Below, one piece after another: positions 24,861-38,500 of a stretch of DNA of 64,000 nucleotides (within the stretch, counting starts at the first letter, position 1; each line of letters begins with the position of its first letter). The notes beneath the pieces are model-generated. The model saw only the letters and a program-made list of their open reading frames with translations, did no database searches and had not been told where the DNA came from. The position numbers and the translations under genes were made by a program. Source of the stretch: Rebecca billardiae RCC1528 (lineage: Eukaryota; Protista; Haptophyta); the NCBI GenBank assembly GCA_965240325.2, contig OZ251245.1, forward strand, positions 1,178,001 to 1,242,000, read 5' to 3'.

Positions 24861-25556
24861 GCCTCATAGCTGTTTTCGACCCAAAACAATCAAACGTCGC
24901 TCGGCAAACTCGTACTCCAGCATACAAGAAGGACAAAAATACTCACTTGTTTCACCCCCGGGGTATCTGATCCCACGTCCGTCCATCGACTTATGCGGAA
25001 TGGCGTGGGCGCGCTTATTTCGTCAAGCGCGTAGTTGCTAATGCAGAGCCCTATGGGCCAACGTACCCCTCGAAAAATCGAAAACTCACCCTCCAACAGC
25101 CGCCCTCAAAATCGTCCCCCATCCCCTTTTCTTTGATCAAAAGATCTTTTTGACAACGTAGTGAGGGCCCCCGGCGGGGCTCCACGCTACGCGCTCCGCC
25201 CTGCACCGCGGGCCATGATAATGATTAACATTATACATCAGTCATCACCGAGTCGGATCACGGCGCTGGACAGTCCTGTCTGTGACTCAGTGGACAGTTA
25301 GGCGATCCTGTGGTCCGCGCGGGCTGGATATCCGGATGACGATGATGACAGCAGCATGCGCGAGTAGCCAGTAGGATTGCCCGCTTGGCAGTAGTGCGAC
25401 ACGAGTCACGACCGCGCTGCGTCCGCACTGCTCTGCCGCGCCGCTGGCAGCGTGCGCGGCTGCCGCCAATACTGGTGAGACGACGGTGTGCTGACAATGG
25501 CGGGAGTGCGCGCGTCACTCGCGGCTCTAGCCGCGCGCGAGAGTCGACTCAGCCGC

Positions 25557-28500
25557 TCAGCGCGCGCTGGCGCCCAGCTCGGTCTCCACCTCGTGCAGGA
25601 TGTGCTCCACAAACTGCGAGTACCCGGACGCGCCCTCGGCCCCGCCCCCGCCGGGCGTGCTGTACCCGGGCAGCTCGTCCTCGAGCAGCTGCGCGAAAAA
25701 GTGCTTGCTCGCCTCGGCGGAGTCGCCCTCGCAGTACACCTCCCGCGGGCTGAGCAGCCGCTCCGCCTTGCGCCGCTCCACCTCCTGCCGCACGGCTGAG
25801 TCGAGGGGCGGCGGCCAGCGCAGCGGGGCGCCGTCCGGCCCGCGCTCGGCGGCGGCGCCGCCCTCCGCGCCCGGCGGCTGCTGCGCCGGCTGCGCCGTCG
25901 GCGGCTGCGCCGGCGGCGGCTGCGGCTGCTGCGGCGGCGGTGCGGCCGCCATCGTCGCCGGCCGCAGCGGCGTGCCGCCTGCCGTGTGCTGCTGCTGCGC
26001 CGCGCCGACGCGGGCGCCCTCGGTCGGCGGCTGCGGCTGCGGCGGCTGCGGCTGCGGCGGCGCGGGCGGCGGGCCGGGCGGCGGCGGGCCGGCCGGGCCG
26101 CGCGCCTCGCCGCCGCCGTACGCCGCCCCCGCCCCCGCGCCCTCGGGCGGGGCCAACCGCCTGTAGACCACAATGGCCGTGTAACAGTCGAGAAGAAACA
26201 CCGGCGCGGCGCAGCGCGCGACCACGCGCGTGCTCAGCCGCAGGTCGTGCGCGTGCTCGCGCTCGCAGTCCGCCTCGTACGCGAGGAGCGACGGGTACGC
26301 CACGAGCTCGAGCGCGTACGGCGGCAGCGTGCGCACCAGCGCGCGCAACGCGACGCGCGCGTCCGCGCCGGCGCCGGCGCCGCGCGCGCCGCCCTGCCGC
26401 TGCAGCGGCGTGCCTGCGGCCAGCAGGTGTGTTCGCAGCAGCCCGTAGCACAGCCGCAGCATCGGCTTGAGCGCGGGGGTGAGCGTCTCCACGTCCGGCG
26501 CCCGCTGGAGGCGCGCGTGCCGCGTGCGCGCGCGGGGGGGGCGGCAGGCGCGGGGCAGGCGCAAGCGACGGGGGCGGGGCGGCGCGCGGCGGTGCGCGGG
26601 CGGTGCGCGCGAGGGCACGGCGGCGGGGCGTGAGCGGCGTGCGTGCTGAGGCGTGCGCGCGCACGGCCGCGCCACGCCACGCCGCGCCACGGCGACGCAC
26701 GCCCACGGCAGAGCGGCACGCGCACGCAGCGCGGCGCGCGCGCGCGGGTGTGCGCCTCGCCGCGCCGCTCGCCGCGCGCCACCGCCGCGCCGCGCGCCAC
26801 GCCGCGCCGCGCCATCGCGCGCGCTCAGCGCACCGCGTCCCGCAGGCGCCCGCGCACGGCGGGGTAGGCGCGCGCGTAGCAGCAGAGCGCGTGGATCAGC
26901 CAGTCCTGCAGCAGCAGCCGCGCCTCGGCCCAGCCCTCGGTCGAGGCGACGTCGAGCAGCTGCGCCGCGCACACCGCGCACACCGCGCGCCGCGTCAGCC
27001 GCACGCGCGCGCGCGGCGCGGCGCGCGCGCGGCGCGCCCACCACCGCTCAAAGGTGCGGCGCGGCATCGGCGCGGCGCGTGTGTGTGTGCCCCACCTGGT
27101 GCGTGAGCATCGTGAGCACGGTGGGCGCCTGCACCGCGTCGAAGACGCCCTTCGCCACGCGCGCCACGTGCCACCGCGTCGTGAGCACCTGCACGCGCCG
27201 CACCACGCGCCGGCCGCGCCGCTCGGCGCCGTGGCGCGCGCGCGCCGCGCCGCTCGCGCCGCGCGCCGCGCGCCGCGCCGCGCGCGCGGCCGCGCGATCG
27301 TCCTCGTCCTCGGCGCCGTCGTCCTCGGCGCCGTCGTCGGCCCAGCCGAGCGCGCGCGCGGCGCGTCCGCGCGGGCGCAGCGAGCCGTCCTCCTCCTCCT
27401 CCTCCTCGCCCTCCTCCTCCTCGCCCTCCTCCTCCTCCTCCTCCTCCGCGCCCGTGCGCAGAGTCGTGTAGGCAAACGCCAGCTGCACGGTCGGCAGAAC
27501 GTCCGTGTCAGCAAACCCGGCGGGGGAGGCGAAGGCGAACTCGAAGGCGACGGAGGTGAGCGGCGTGCACCCGCCCATGTGGTACAGCCCCTCGTACGTC
27601 GGGTCCGCCGAGAGCGCGCCGTGCACCTTCGACACGCGGAACTCGGGCGAGGTGCGCACGCGCACGGAGCACGAGGCGGCGCGCGGCGCGGCGCACTGCC
27701 GATAGACGTCGGAGGGCAGCGAACAGCCGTCCACCCAGCGCGCGGGCTCGTCGGCGTCGGCGTGGGGCTGGGGGTGCGCGGAGGCGGCGGGCGGCGCGTC
27801 GGCGGCGTAGCAGTACAGCGCGCCGCCCGTCGCGCCCGCCAGCGGCTCGAGCGCGCGCAGGCACACGGGCGCGTCGGAGGCGGCGAAGACATCAATCCCG
27901 ATGCCGAGGGTGGCCGCGTCTGCGCCCAGCGCGCTGTAGAAGCCGCGCGCGCCGCCGCCGCCCTCCGCGCCGCCGGCGGCGGCATCGTCGTCGTCGGCGT
28001 CGGCGTCGTCGGCGTCGAGGTCGCCCCCGTTCGCCAACCTCCCCGCGCCCTGCGCCGCCGCCGTCGGCGGGCTGCACGCGCCCGCGCCGTACGCCGGCCT
28101 TGAGCCGACAAAGACGAGCACGCGCGCGCTGCCGAGCGGGGCGGAGTCGGCAAGCCACTCGACGATGGCGGCGAGGCCGCCGCCGATGCCGTTCTGCGCG
28201 GGGGAGGCGCGGCCGGTGGGGTCGAGCGGCGCGAGCGCGTCGATCGCCGCGCCCACCAGCTCGAGGCAGCCGCCGCCGCCGCCGCCGCCGCCGTCAAGCG
28301 GCGCGAGCGCGGACGGCAGCGGCACCGCCTCTGCCAGGCGGACGGCGGTGGCGCCGCCGTCGCGCCGCAGCGGCAGCCGCTTCACGTGCGGCCGCGGCGC
28401 GCGGAGGAGGCAGACGCCGAGCGAGGTGGCGCACGAGACGAGGCCGAAGAGCGCGCACTCGGGCAGCCCCTTCAGCGCCGCGTGCAGCGCCATCCGCGCC

Positions 28501-29063
28501 ATCTCGACGAAGTCGGAGCCTGCGCTCACGTCCACGAGGGCGACGCAGACCGGCCGCGCGGCCAGCGAGGCGGCGCCGGCCGGCTCGTCGGCGTGGGCGT
28601 GGGCGTGGGCGTCCGCGCCCGCCCACGCGCCCGCCGCCCCCCGCCCCGCGTGCCCGCCGCCATGCTCACCGCCGCCATGCTCACCGCCGCCATGCTGAGC
28701 GCCGCCATGCTGAGCGCCGCCAAACTCGTCGCTCTCGACGTCCACGTCGATCTGGTACGCGGCTGCGGCGAGCTCGGGCATGCCGCGGCGGGCGGCGGGG
28801 AGGACGTACCGCGGGGGGAGGTCGTTCGTCCCGCCGCACAGCGCGCAGATCCACGAGCGCCGGAGGAAGTGGCAGTACGCGTTGATGTACGCGTAGCACG
28901 ACGCGCAGCGCGCGAGGCTCGAGGCGGGCGCGAGCCGCGCGCGATCGAACGCGCCGGCCTCGCCGTGGGCGAAGGGCGCGACGACGCAGCCCCACGGCAC
29001 GCCGCACTCGTTCTTCAGCGCCGCGGTCTGCGGGAACGCCACCACCGTCGGCTTCAGCGCCAT
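25557..29063 (-). CDS. Sec23/Sec24-family COPII coat protein, Sec24-like (introns 26960-27095, 26505-26833)
   Basis: FPQT..GVPWGCVVAPF, Zn finger RCASCYAYINAYC..WICALCG, vWA trunk VALVDVS, beta-barrel VRVRTS, YPSL, VFLLDCYTAIVVY, FFAQLLED. Confidence 0.9.
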
Positions 29064-29669
29064 CGCCGCCCCGCGAGGGCGCCGCGCCGAAGTGAGCGAA
29101 AGCGCCGCTGTGCTCAGGCAGCGCAGAGGTCCAGCGCACAGTGCGCACTGCGCCACGCGCTGGCTTCGATCAGTGCGGCGCGCGCGAAGCGCGCTGAACA
29201 AATGCTGACGCCGCCATCGTCACCAGTAGTTTACTAGTTTCCGGGGCCCATGGCGGCCGGCGCGCCGTCGGCATGCCTGCGTGCACACAGCCCCGACGCA
29301 CGTGTAAGCTGCTGACTGCATGATCAGCACGCGGATGACTATGACCATACGTTGCCTCTCAGCGCTGCACTGAGCCGCGTTGCATCCGCTGCGACGCTCG
29401 TGCTCTCGACGTGGCCCTGGCGAGGGCCGGCGCCGCTACCACCACGAGTGCGCGCGATGGTGCGGCGCCGATCACCCGATGAGCCGCAGTCGGACAGCGT
29501 CAAGCAAACGCGCAGGCGGGCAGCGGGCAGCTAGGCGAGTGCACACGGCGGACGGCTCCCCGGACGAGGGCGCCACGCGCGGAGCACGCACACCCGCCGC
29601 GCACAGACGCACGAGGCCGCGCGCGGGCGGCACGCGCTCGGCGGGAGCGCTGCGCGCCGCCGCCGGCCG

Positions 29670-31142
29670 TCAGCGCCTCGAGCGCGCGCGCGCGCCGCCC
29701 TCGCCGCCCTGCGCCGGCGTCGACGCGCCGCGCTTGCGCGAGCCGGCCGCCGACTGCGCGCCGCCGCCCTCCTGCTTCACGACAGCGCCGCCGCCGCCCT
29801 CGTCACCGCCGGCCGCGCCCTCGTCGCCGCCGCGCTCGTCGTCAGCGCCGCCGCCCGCGTCCGAGCCCGCGGGCTGCGAGGAGCGCAGCCTTGAGGCGGT
29901 GAGGTTGCCCGCGGCCACGCCGGAGCCGCGCAGCAGCTCCGAGGCCTCTGGGGAGAGGTGGCCTGCGGGCGCGCCGAGCGGGGTGGGCGGCGCGGCGCGC
30001 GGCGCGCGGGCGGGCTCAGCGGGCGCGCGGGCTGTGTGCGCGCCCCGCGCCCCACGCCCCACGTGTTCGTCTTCCCGCCCTCTCGCTCGCCCCGATCGCC
30101 CTCCCCGCCTCTCTGCCGCGCGCGCAGACGGCAGCCCACGCGCACGCACCCGAGTTGGCGCTGTCCGTGCGCATCTTTGCAAACTCGGCGCGCGCGTGCT
30201 CCTGCAGCGACTGCGCCATCTTGTAGTAGTCGGAGCCGACCCCGTTGTACAGCATCGCGTTGGAGAAGACGAGGTCGAGGTCCACCTGCAGCGCGTCGGC
30301 GGTGACGACGATACCCGCGTCGATCCGCTTCCGGATGGTCGAGAAGTCCTGCGGTGCGATGGCATCGGTGCGATGGCGGCAAAGGCGGGGCGGGCGGCCG
30401 GGATGGGCGGGGCGGGCCGGAGTGCAGCGTGCGCGCCATTCGGTGCACAGGCGCGGACGCGCACACAGGCACACAGGCGTGCGCATACCGCCGGTTCCGC
30501 AGGGGCACACACCACACAGGCGCGCACAGGCGCACACACTCACAGCGCGCACGCGCGCGCACGCGCGCGGCGCACCATCGGCTGCTTCACAATCTGCCGG
30601 TAGTCCGGCGCCTCCTTGTCGGTGACGGGGCGCTTGAACGGGTAGGCCCACTTGTGCTTAGAGATCACGTTGAGCGTCTTCACCAGCTGCGCCATCGTCG
30701 CCTTGCTCGGCGGCGCGCCCGCCGCGGCGCGCGCGCTCGCATCGGCCGCCCAGCGCGCGTGGATTGGGTGCGCGGGCGGCAGCAGCGCGAGCAGCGCCTG
30801 CGCGTCGAGCTTGCCCGAGTCGATGGCCTCGATGTCGCGCTCGAGTCGTTCCGCGTGCTTCTCCAGCTTCGACGCCTCCGCCTTGAGCTCGGCCGCGCGC
30901 TCGGCGCGCAGCCGCTCGACGTGGGCCGCGAGGTCGCCGCCGCCGAGCGCCGCAAACGCCGAGCGGCACGCGTCGGCGGGGCGGGGCGTGGTGCCGCCGA
31001 GCTGCGCGGCGGCCTTCTCGACGGCGGCGGAGACAGCCTCCCAGTCCGACTCGCCGTGCCGCTGCACCGCGAGCGCGACCAGCAGGCTGTCCAGCGCCGC
31101 CGAGGGCGGCGTCGGCTCCTCCTTGGCGTCGGTCGCCACCAT
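29670..31142 (-). CDS. Bromodomain protein with SANT-like N-terminus, BRD8-like (introns 30349-30575, 29963-30149)
   Basis: KHKWAYPFKRPVTDKEAPDYRQIVKQPM|DFSTIRKRI..DLDLVFSNAMLYN; N-terminal LALAVQRHGESDWEAVS. Confidence 0.9.
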
Positions 31143-31301
31143 CGTGGGGAGCCGACCGGTGCGAACACAAAGAACTACCGGAAACTCTCGTAGTCCGCCG
31201 CGGAAATGGCAGCCGGAGGAGATCCAGCCCGACGACTCTTTTTTCAGGCCCCGAATTGTGCGGCCGAGTTATTTGAACCGGCGTCCGTTAGAGAAAAAGC
31301 C

Positions 31302-34300
31302 ATGCCGCCGCCCAGGCCTCATGCGCGCGCGGCGTCCGCGGACGCGGGCGAGCGCGGCTGGGACAATGGCTTCCACCTGGCGTGCTCGCTCGGCACGCGC
31401 TCGGTGTATAAGCGCGACACTACGCCATCCAAGGTGCGCGCGCCGACGCCTCGCGCGACGCCGGCCAGGGCGCGCGCCCACTGAGCGCGCGCCGCTCACG
31501 CCGCCGCGCCCGCCGCGCCCGCCGCCGCGCAGGACGTGTCCTCGGCGCACCAGACCTCGTCCGCGCGCCGCGCGTCGAGCGCGGGCTCGGTCTCACCCGC
31601 CGCCGCGCACCCGCCGCCGCCGCCGCCGCAGCGCCGCGCGTCCACGCCCAACCCGTCGGCCGCGGGCGGCGCGTTGGGCGGCGGCGGCGGCGGCGGCGGG
31701 TTTGCCGAGCTGGCGCGCGCCGGCGCGCGCGCGGGCGGCGCGCCGGCGTCGTGCCGCGCGGTGCTCTCGCCGCTGAACGGCGCGCCGCCACCCAAGCCGC
31801 CGGCTGGCCCCGGCGCGCCGCGCGCACGCCCCGCCGGCCTCCCCCCGTCGGCGCGCATCGTCGCAGCCGCGAACGCCGCCGCCGTCGGCGGCGGCGTCGT
31901 CGGCATCGGCGGCGTCGGCGGTGGCGTCGGCGGTGGCGGCGTGCCGAGCGGCGGTGGCGGGCGCGACGCCCTGCTCGCGCGCGACGCCTCGCTGCTGCAG
32001 TCGCGCATCGCCGAGCTCGAGGCCGAGCTCGGCGCCGCGCTCGACCGGCGCGAGGCTCTGGCCCAGCGCGTGCGCATGCAGGCGGTGGCGCGCGGCGCCG
32101 TCGACGAGCAGAACGGGATGCTCGGGGCGGCGCTGCGCGCGCTGCGCGCGGAGGTGAGCGCGCTGGGCGGCGGGGGCGGGCGCGACGCGCGCGCCGCCGC
32201 CAAGCGCGCCGACCCCGCCGCCGCGCCCGCCGCGGACAGCTCGGTGGGAGTGGAATCTGTGCGCGCGCGCTCGCACGCGGCCGTGCGCGCGCTCGCCCCG
32301 GCTGTCTCGCAGTTCGTGGCGGCGGCGGAGGCGGCGGCGGCGGAGGTGGGCGTGAATACGGCGGCGGAGGCGGAGGCGGCGGCTGGGAGCGTGGAGGAGG
32401 CGGCGGAGGCGCAGGCGGAGGGGGCTGGCCACGCGCCTCCGCGGCAGACGGCGGCGGACGGCGCGGGCGGCGCGGACGCTGGCGCACAGCCAAGGCCGCC
32501 GTCGTCTGCGCCCGATGCTGCTGCGCGGCGGCAGCTGGCGGCGGCGCGCGGCGCGGCCGCCCTCGCCGAGGTGCAGTCCGCGCTGCGCCGCGTGAGCGTC
32601 AGCCCCGCCGCGGCGGCCGCCGCCGCGCTCGAGGCCGACGCGCTCAGCCGCGCGGCCGCGGGCGGCGGCCCGGCCGCAGAGTGGGCGGGCGGCGGCGCAG
32701 AGCTGCCTGTGCTGGCTCCGGACGGGCGCACGCTGCACGGCTCGACGGTGGCGCTGGTGGTGCCGCCGCCGCCGCCGCAGCAGCCGAGGCCCGCGCCGGC
32801 GGAGCGGGCGGCGGGCGGCGGCGCCGGCGGCGCGGGCGCGGGCGCGGGGGAGGCGGCCGCGCGCCCCGCCGGCCGCGTCTGGCCCGCGACGGCCGCGCCG
32901 CCCGGCGCGCGGCCGCCGCCGCCGCCGCCCGCCGCCGCTCCCGCCGCCGCGGCCGCCGCCGCGCCAGGCGCCGCGCCGGCCGCTGCCACGCTGCGGCTGC
33001 CCTCGCCTCGGCGCGCCCGCGCCGCGCCGCCGCCGCGCGCGCCTCCGCCGCAGCGGCAGTCAGTCAGCTCCCTGCTGGCGTCCCTGCGCGAGGCGGGCTC
33101 GGAGGCGGCGTCGCTGCAGGAGGCGGGGGCGCTGCTGGCGGCGCGCAGGGCGACGCTGTCCGCGTCTGTGGCCTTCCACAGGCTGCCGCTGGACGGGGAC
33201 GGCGTGCTCAGGGGGCACGGTGCGCGCGGAGGGGCGGCCCCGAACCCGAACCCACCCTGAACCTACCCTAACCCCGCAGCCCTGCGCCAAGCGCCTCCAG
33301 CATGCCGCGCTGCGCCAGGCGCGCCGAGTGTGTCGGGGGCGCGCGGGCCACGCGCGCAGCGCTCACTCGCCCCACTCCGCGCGCGCGCGCCCCGCCGCGC
33401 GCCCGCCGGCGCGCCGCCGCCGCCCCCGCGCCCACAGCGCTGCGCGCGGCCGCCACCGAGCACGGGCTGAGCGCGTTTGCCCTGCGCCGCTTCTGCGCGC
33501 GCGGCTCGACCCTGGCGGCCGCGCTGCTCGGGGCAGGCGCGGAGGGCGCGCCCGCGGCGGACGCGGCGGACGCGGAGCGTGACGGGCGAGCGCGCGAGCG
33601 CGCGCGGCTCATGGGCCAGCTGGGCCTTGCCTCGGCGGCCGAGGGCGGCGCGGCGGCCGACGCGGCGGCGGCGGCGGCCGCGGGCGGCGGCCGCGCGGCC
33701 GCTGCCGGTGGTGGCGCTTCCGCGTGCGCCGCCCCGAGCCCCAGCCTGTCTGAAGGCGGGTTCACTGCGCTGATGCGCTGGCTGCAAGGGCCGCTGCCGC
33801 CCGCGGGGCCGCCGCTGCCGACGCAGCTGCTGCGCGCTTGGTTCGCTCTGCTCGACTCGGTGCGCGCACGCGCGCCGCACCGCCGCCGAACGCCGCGCCG
33901 CGCGGTGCTGCGCGTGCCGAGGGCGCGCGTGTGGCCGCGCCCCGCGCACTCACCGCGCCGACGAGCACGGCCGCCGCGCGCCCGCCCCGCCGCCGCGCGC
34001 GCCGCGGCGCCGCAGGACGGCGATGGCGTCATGAGCGCGGCCGATGTGCGCGGCGCGTGCGCAGAGTGCGCGCGCTGCGCGGCGGACGAGGCGGCGGGCG
34101 AGGCGGAGCAGGCGGAGGCGAAGGCGGCGGAGGCGGAGGCGGTGGCGTCGGGCATCATCGAGCAGCTCGCGCGCGCGCACGCCGCGCTGCGCGCCGAGGG
34201 AGCCGAGGAGGCGGCGGCCGCGCCCCCGCCTCCCCTCGCCCTCCCGTTTGCACACGTGGCGCGCAGCTCCGCCCTCGCGCGCATCCTCGTGGTCGAGTGT

Positions 34301-34414
34301 GCGGCCGCCCTGCTCGGGCTGGAGGCGCACTGGGCGGGGCAGGCGGGGCAGGCGGGGCAGGGCGGGCGGCGCGCGGAGCAGCAGGCGGCAGCCGGGTCGG
34401 AGGCGGTCGAGTGA
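31302..34414 (+). CDS. Hypothetical coiled-coil and EF-hand protein (introns 31434-31532, 33220-33437, 33860-34015)
   Basis: Phase-compatible GT-AG splicing rebuilds the EF-hand WFALLDS|DGDGVMSAADV; degenerate loop LPLDGDGVL; coiled coil LQSRIAELEAEL. Confidence 0.6.
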
Positions 34415-35060
34415 GGGGCTGCGGCGCACCGACGGGCGGCGGCCGCTCAGTGCCGCGGCGCCCTCTGGCAGCCAGGGCGGCCCCAGCTGCCCCCGGCCCC
34501 GGGCCCGGCCCCGCTCATTGTCTCGCACCGACGGAGTCCACGGACCTGCCCGCCGCGTGCGGCCCAGCTGGCGCCAGCTGCGCGGCCGCGGCGGCGACCG
34601 TCAGACTCAGAAGCGGGCGAGCGGCGACTAGCACGGCCGGCGGATCAGAGTCGAGGCAGAGGCGGGGGCCGACTGATGATGGCAGGGGCGCGGTCAGCGG
34701 TGGTGGCGAGGAGGAGGCGTACAATCAGAGTCGCGCGTTGCGTGCATTGCTGAGACTGATGCGCTGGCCATCGCGCCGCAGGAGCGCGGGCCAGCGGCAC
34801 CCGGTGATGCTGCTGAAAGGCCTGCCGCGGCTTACAACACTGTACATTGCTGTACAGTATGTATGCTGGAAAACGACAATCGATCCTCACGCGGAAATCA
34901 TCGGCAGCCGCCTGCTTGCTCGACACAAGCGGCTTGCTCGACAGCGCGCCGCGCCGCCCGCGGAAGCTGTGCGGCGGCGCCATTTCTGCGCCGCCACATT
35001 TTTGGACGCCGCCGCCGCCGGACGCCGGGGCGAGCGCGCGCGTGAAGGGCGCTCGGCGCG

Positions 35061-35471
35061 ATGGGTGATTCCGAGGAGCCCTCGCAGCTCATCGACCTGG
35101 GCGGCGACGAGCAGCCGCCGCCCACGCCGCAGCCGGCGGGCGCGGCGGACGTGGCCGGCGGATCGGCCGCCACCGCCGCCAAGCCGGGCGGCAGCGGGCG
35201 CTTCGGTGGCTTCGGCCAGTTCGCGTCGGGGCTCGGCAAGCTCGCGGACAAGATGGCGGAGAGCGTCGTCGAGGGCTCGAGCCGCTCGATCGGCGGCGAC
35301 GGCGCGCACGCCGCCACGCCGCAGCCGCAGCTGGCGCCGCCGCCGAGCACGCCGCAGCCGCCGAGCGGCGGCGGCGGCGCGGCCGAGCTCGGCGCGCCGG
35401 GCTCAGGCCTCTCCGCGCTCTCCGCCGAGAAGCTCTTCGGCGCCGCGGTCGCGCTCACCTCGCCCGCGCCC

Positions 35472-35513
<42 letters not shown>

Positions 35514-38500
35514 GAGGAGGGAGCCTTGAGCGCGGAGGAAGCGACGGAGCTGAAGCGCTCGCTGCGCGCGTTCTACGAGGGGCAGGTGCTCGAGGCGAGG
35601 CGCGCGCACGCCGCCGAGCAGGCGAAGGCGGCCAAGTGGGAGGCCGTCTCGAGCAAGGTGCGCGCGCGCGCGACGCGTCGCAATCTCGCGCGTATCTCGC
35701 GTGCAGCGTTGCGATCTCGCGCGCATCTCGCGTGTGTCGCGTGTGCGTACTGCCTGGCGCGCGGCGGCGGCGCGCCGTGCGCGCCCGGTGCGCGTGCCGC
35801 TCCCCCGCCGCGCTCATCCGCGCGCTGTGGCCGTCACCCCGCCCGCCGCCCGCCGCACGCCGCACGCCGCGCGCCGCGCGCCGCGCGCCGCACGCCGCGC
35901 CGCGCGCTGCCAGGCGGTGGCGACGCTGCAGGCGCTCCAGCGCAGGTCGGAGGAGGAGGCGGCGCGGCTGGCGGGCGCGCAGGCGGAGGCGGCGCGGCTG
36001 AGGGAGCAGCTTGCGGCTGCCGAAGGCGGTGGCGGCGGTGGCGATGGTGGCGCGGCCGCGGCGGAGGCGCGCGCGGCCGCGGCGGAGGCGCGCGCGGCCG
36101 CGGCCGAGGCGGCGGTGGCCGACGCGACGCGTCGCGCAGACGCGGCGGAGGCGCAGGCGGCGCAGGCGGCGGGCGCGGCGCAGCAGCAGGCGCAGCAGCA
36201 GCAGGCGCAGGCGCAGCAGCAGCAGGCGCAGCAGCAGCAGGCGCAGGCGCTGCAGGGCGCGCGGCGCGACGCGGCGGCCGCGGCCGAGCGCGCGGCGGCC
36301 GCGGAGACGCGCGCGGCCGCGGCCGAGGCGGCGGCGAAGGCGGCGGAGGCGGCGCGCGCCGAGGCGGCGCGCGCCGCCTCCGAGGGCACGGCGCGCGCGC
36401 GCGAGGCGGCGCACGCCGCCGAGGCGCGCGCCTCGCAGCTCGAGGCCGACGCCGCCGCCGCCGCCGCGCGCGCCGAGTCGACCGCCGATCAGTTGAGCGG
36501 CGCGGTGCGCGCGGCGGAGGCGCGCGCGGCCGCGGCCGAGGCGGCGGCGGCGTCGGCGGCGGCGGCGGCGTCAGACGCGGGCGAGCGGTCGGTGGCGCGC
36601 GCGGAGGCGGCGGACGCGCTCGCCGCCGCCGACGCCGCGCGCGCGCGCGCCGAGGCCGACGCCGCGGCCGCGCGCGCCGACGCGGCCGCCTCGGCTGATC
36701 AGCTGACGCGCGCGCGCGCCGACGCGGACGGCGCGCGCGCGCAGGCGGCGGAGGCGGCGGCGCGCGTGCGCGCGGCGGAGGCGGCGGCGGAGGCGGCGGA
36801 GGCGGCGGCGCGCGAGGCGGCCGCCGCGCGGGACCGCGCGCGCGCCGAGCGCGACGCGCAGCGCGACGCGGCCGACGAGCGCGCACGCGAGGCCGCCGCC
36901 GCCGCCGCCGCCGACGGCGCGGCCGCGCTCCGCCGTTACCAGGAAACTGCCAAGAAGCTTCTGGGAACCCTCCAGGCGCAGAAGGCGGAGCTGGAGGGGC
37001 GGCTGGCGGCGCAGGGGGCGGGGCAGCAGGCGCAGCAGGAGGGCGGGGGCGCCGGCCGCGTCGCCTCGCTCGAGGCGGAGCTCAGCGCGGCGCGCGCGGA
37101 GGCGGCGGCGGCGGCGGAGGCGGCGGCGGCGGCCGAGGCGGCGGCGGCCGAGGCGGCGGCGGCGCGCGCGCGCGACGCGGCCGCGGCCGAGGCGAGGCGC
37201 GTGGCGGAGGCGCACGCCGAGGCGCTCGAGTCGGCGACGGGCGCGGCGCGCGGCGCGGAGGCCGCGCGCGCCGAGGCGGACGCGCGCCGCGCGCGCGCCG
37301 ACGCCGCCGCCGCCGCCGTCGAGCAGGAGCTGCAGGCGGCGCGCGCGGACGCGGACGCGGCGCGCGCCGCGCGCGCCGACGCAGAGGCGCGCGCCGAGGC
37401 GGCGGAGGCGGCGGGCGCGGAGGCGAGCGCGCGCGCCGCGGCGGCGGCGAAGCGCGCGGACGACGCCGAGGCGCGCCGCGCCGCCGCCGACGAGCGCGCC
37501 GCCGCGGGCGCGGACGCGCTCGCGGCCGCGCGCGCGGCCGCGGCCGAGGCGGCGGCGACGGCGGCGGCGGCGGACGAGGCGGCGGCCGCGGCGGCGGCGC
37601 GCGCGCGCGACGCCGAGTCGCGGTGCGCGGGCGCGGCGTCGCAGCTCGAGGCGGCGCGCGCCGAGGCCGCCGCCGCCGCGTCCGAGCTCAGCGCCGCGCG
37701 CTCCTCCGCCGCCTCGCTGCGAGAGGCGCTGGAGGGCGAGCGCCGCCGTGCGGACGCGGCCGAGCACGCGGCCGCAGCGCTGCGCGAGAAGGTGCGCGCT
37801 GCTGCCCGCGCGGTCCACACAGTCCACACACGCACGCACCTTCACTGCGTGTGTGTGTGGACGGGGTGTGGACTGAGTGGGCTGTGTGTGTACGCTGTGT
37901 GCGCGCTGTGTGCTGTGTGCTGTGCGTGTGCGCGCGCCCGCGCGCGCGCCGCGCCACGCCGTGCGCACAGCCGCGCCGCCGCGCCGCCGCGCCGCCGCCG
38001 CACCGCCGCACGCGCCACCCGACCGCTGCCGCCCCCCGCCCCGCAGGCGAAGGCGAAGATGGCCGAGCTGCTCGCCGACGCGAACGGCAAGCTGGGCGAG
38101 GCGCGCGCCGCGGCGGACGCCGCCGAGGCCGCGCGCGCCGCCGCCGAGCAGGAGGGCGCGGCGGCGCGGCGGCGCGCGGCCGAGGCGGAGGCGGCGGCCG
38201 CCGCGGCCGCCGACGCAGCGGCGGCCGCCGCGGCCGAGTCGGCGGCGCGCGAGGCGGAGGCGGTGCGCGCCGCGCGCGCGGAGCTCGAGGGTGCGCACGC
38301 GTCTGCGCTCGAGGCCGCGCGCGCCGAGCACGCCGCCGCGCTCGCCGCCGCCGAGGCGCAGAGCGCGCAGTCCGACGAGGTCGTGTCGCATCTGGCGGCC
38401 AAGGCGGAGGGCGCGGCGGCGCGCGCCGCCGAGGCGGAGGCGGCGGCGGAGGGCGCGGCGGAGGGCCGGCGCGCGGCGGAGGGCGCGGCGGAGGCGGCGC

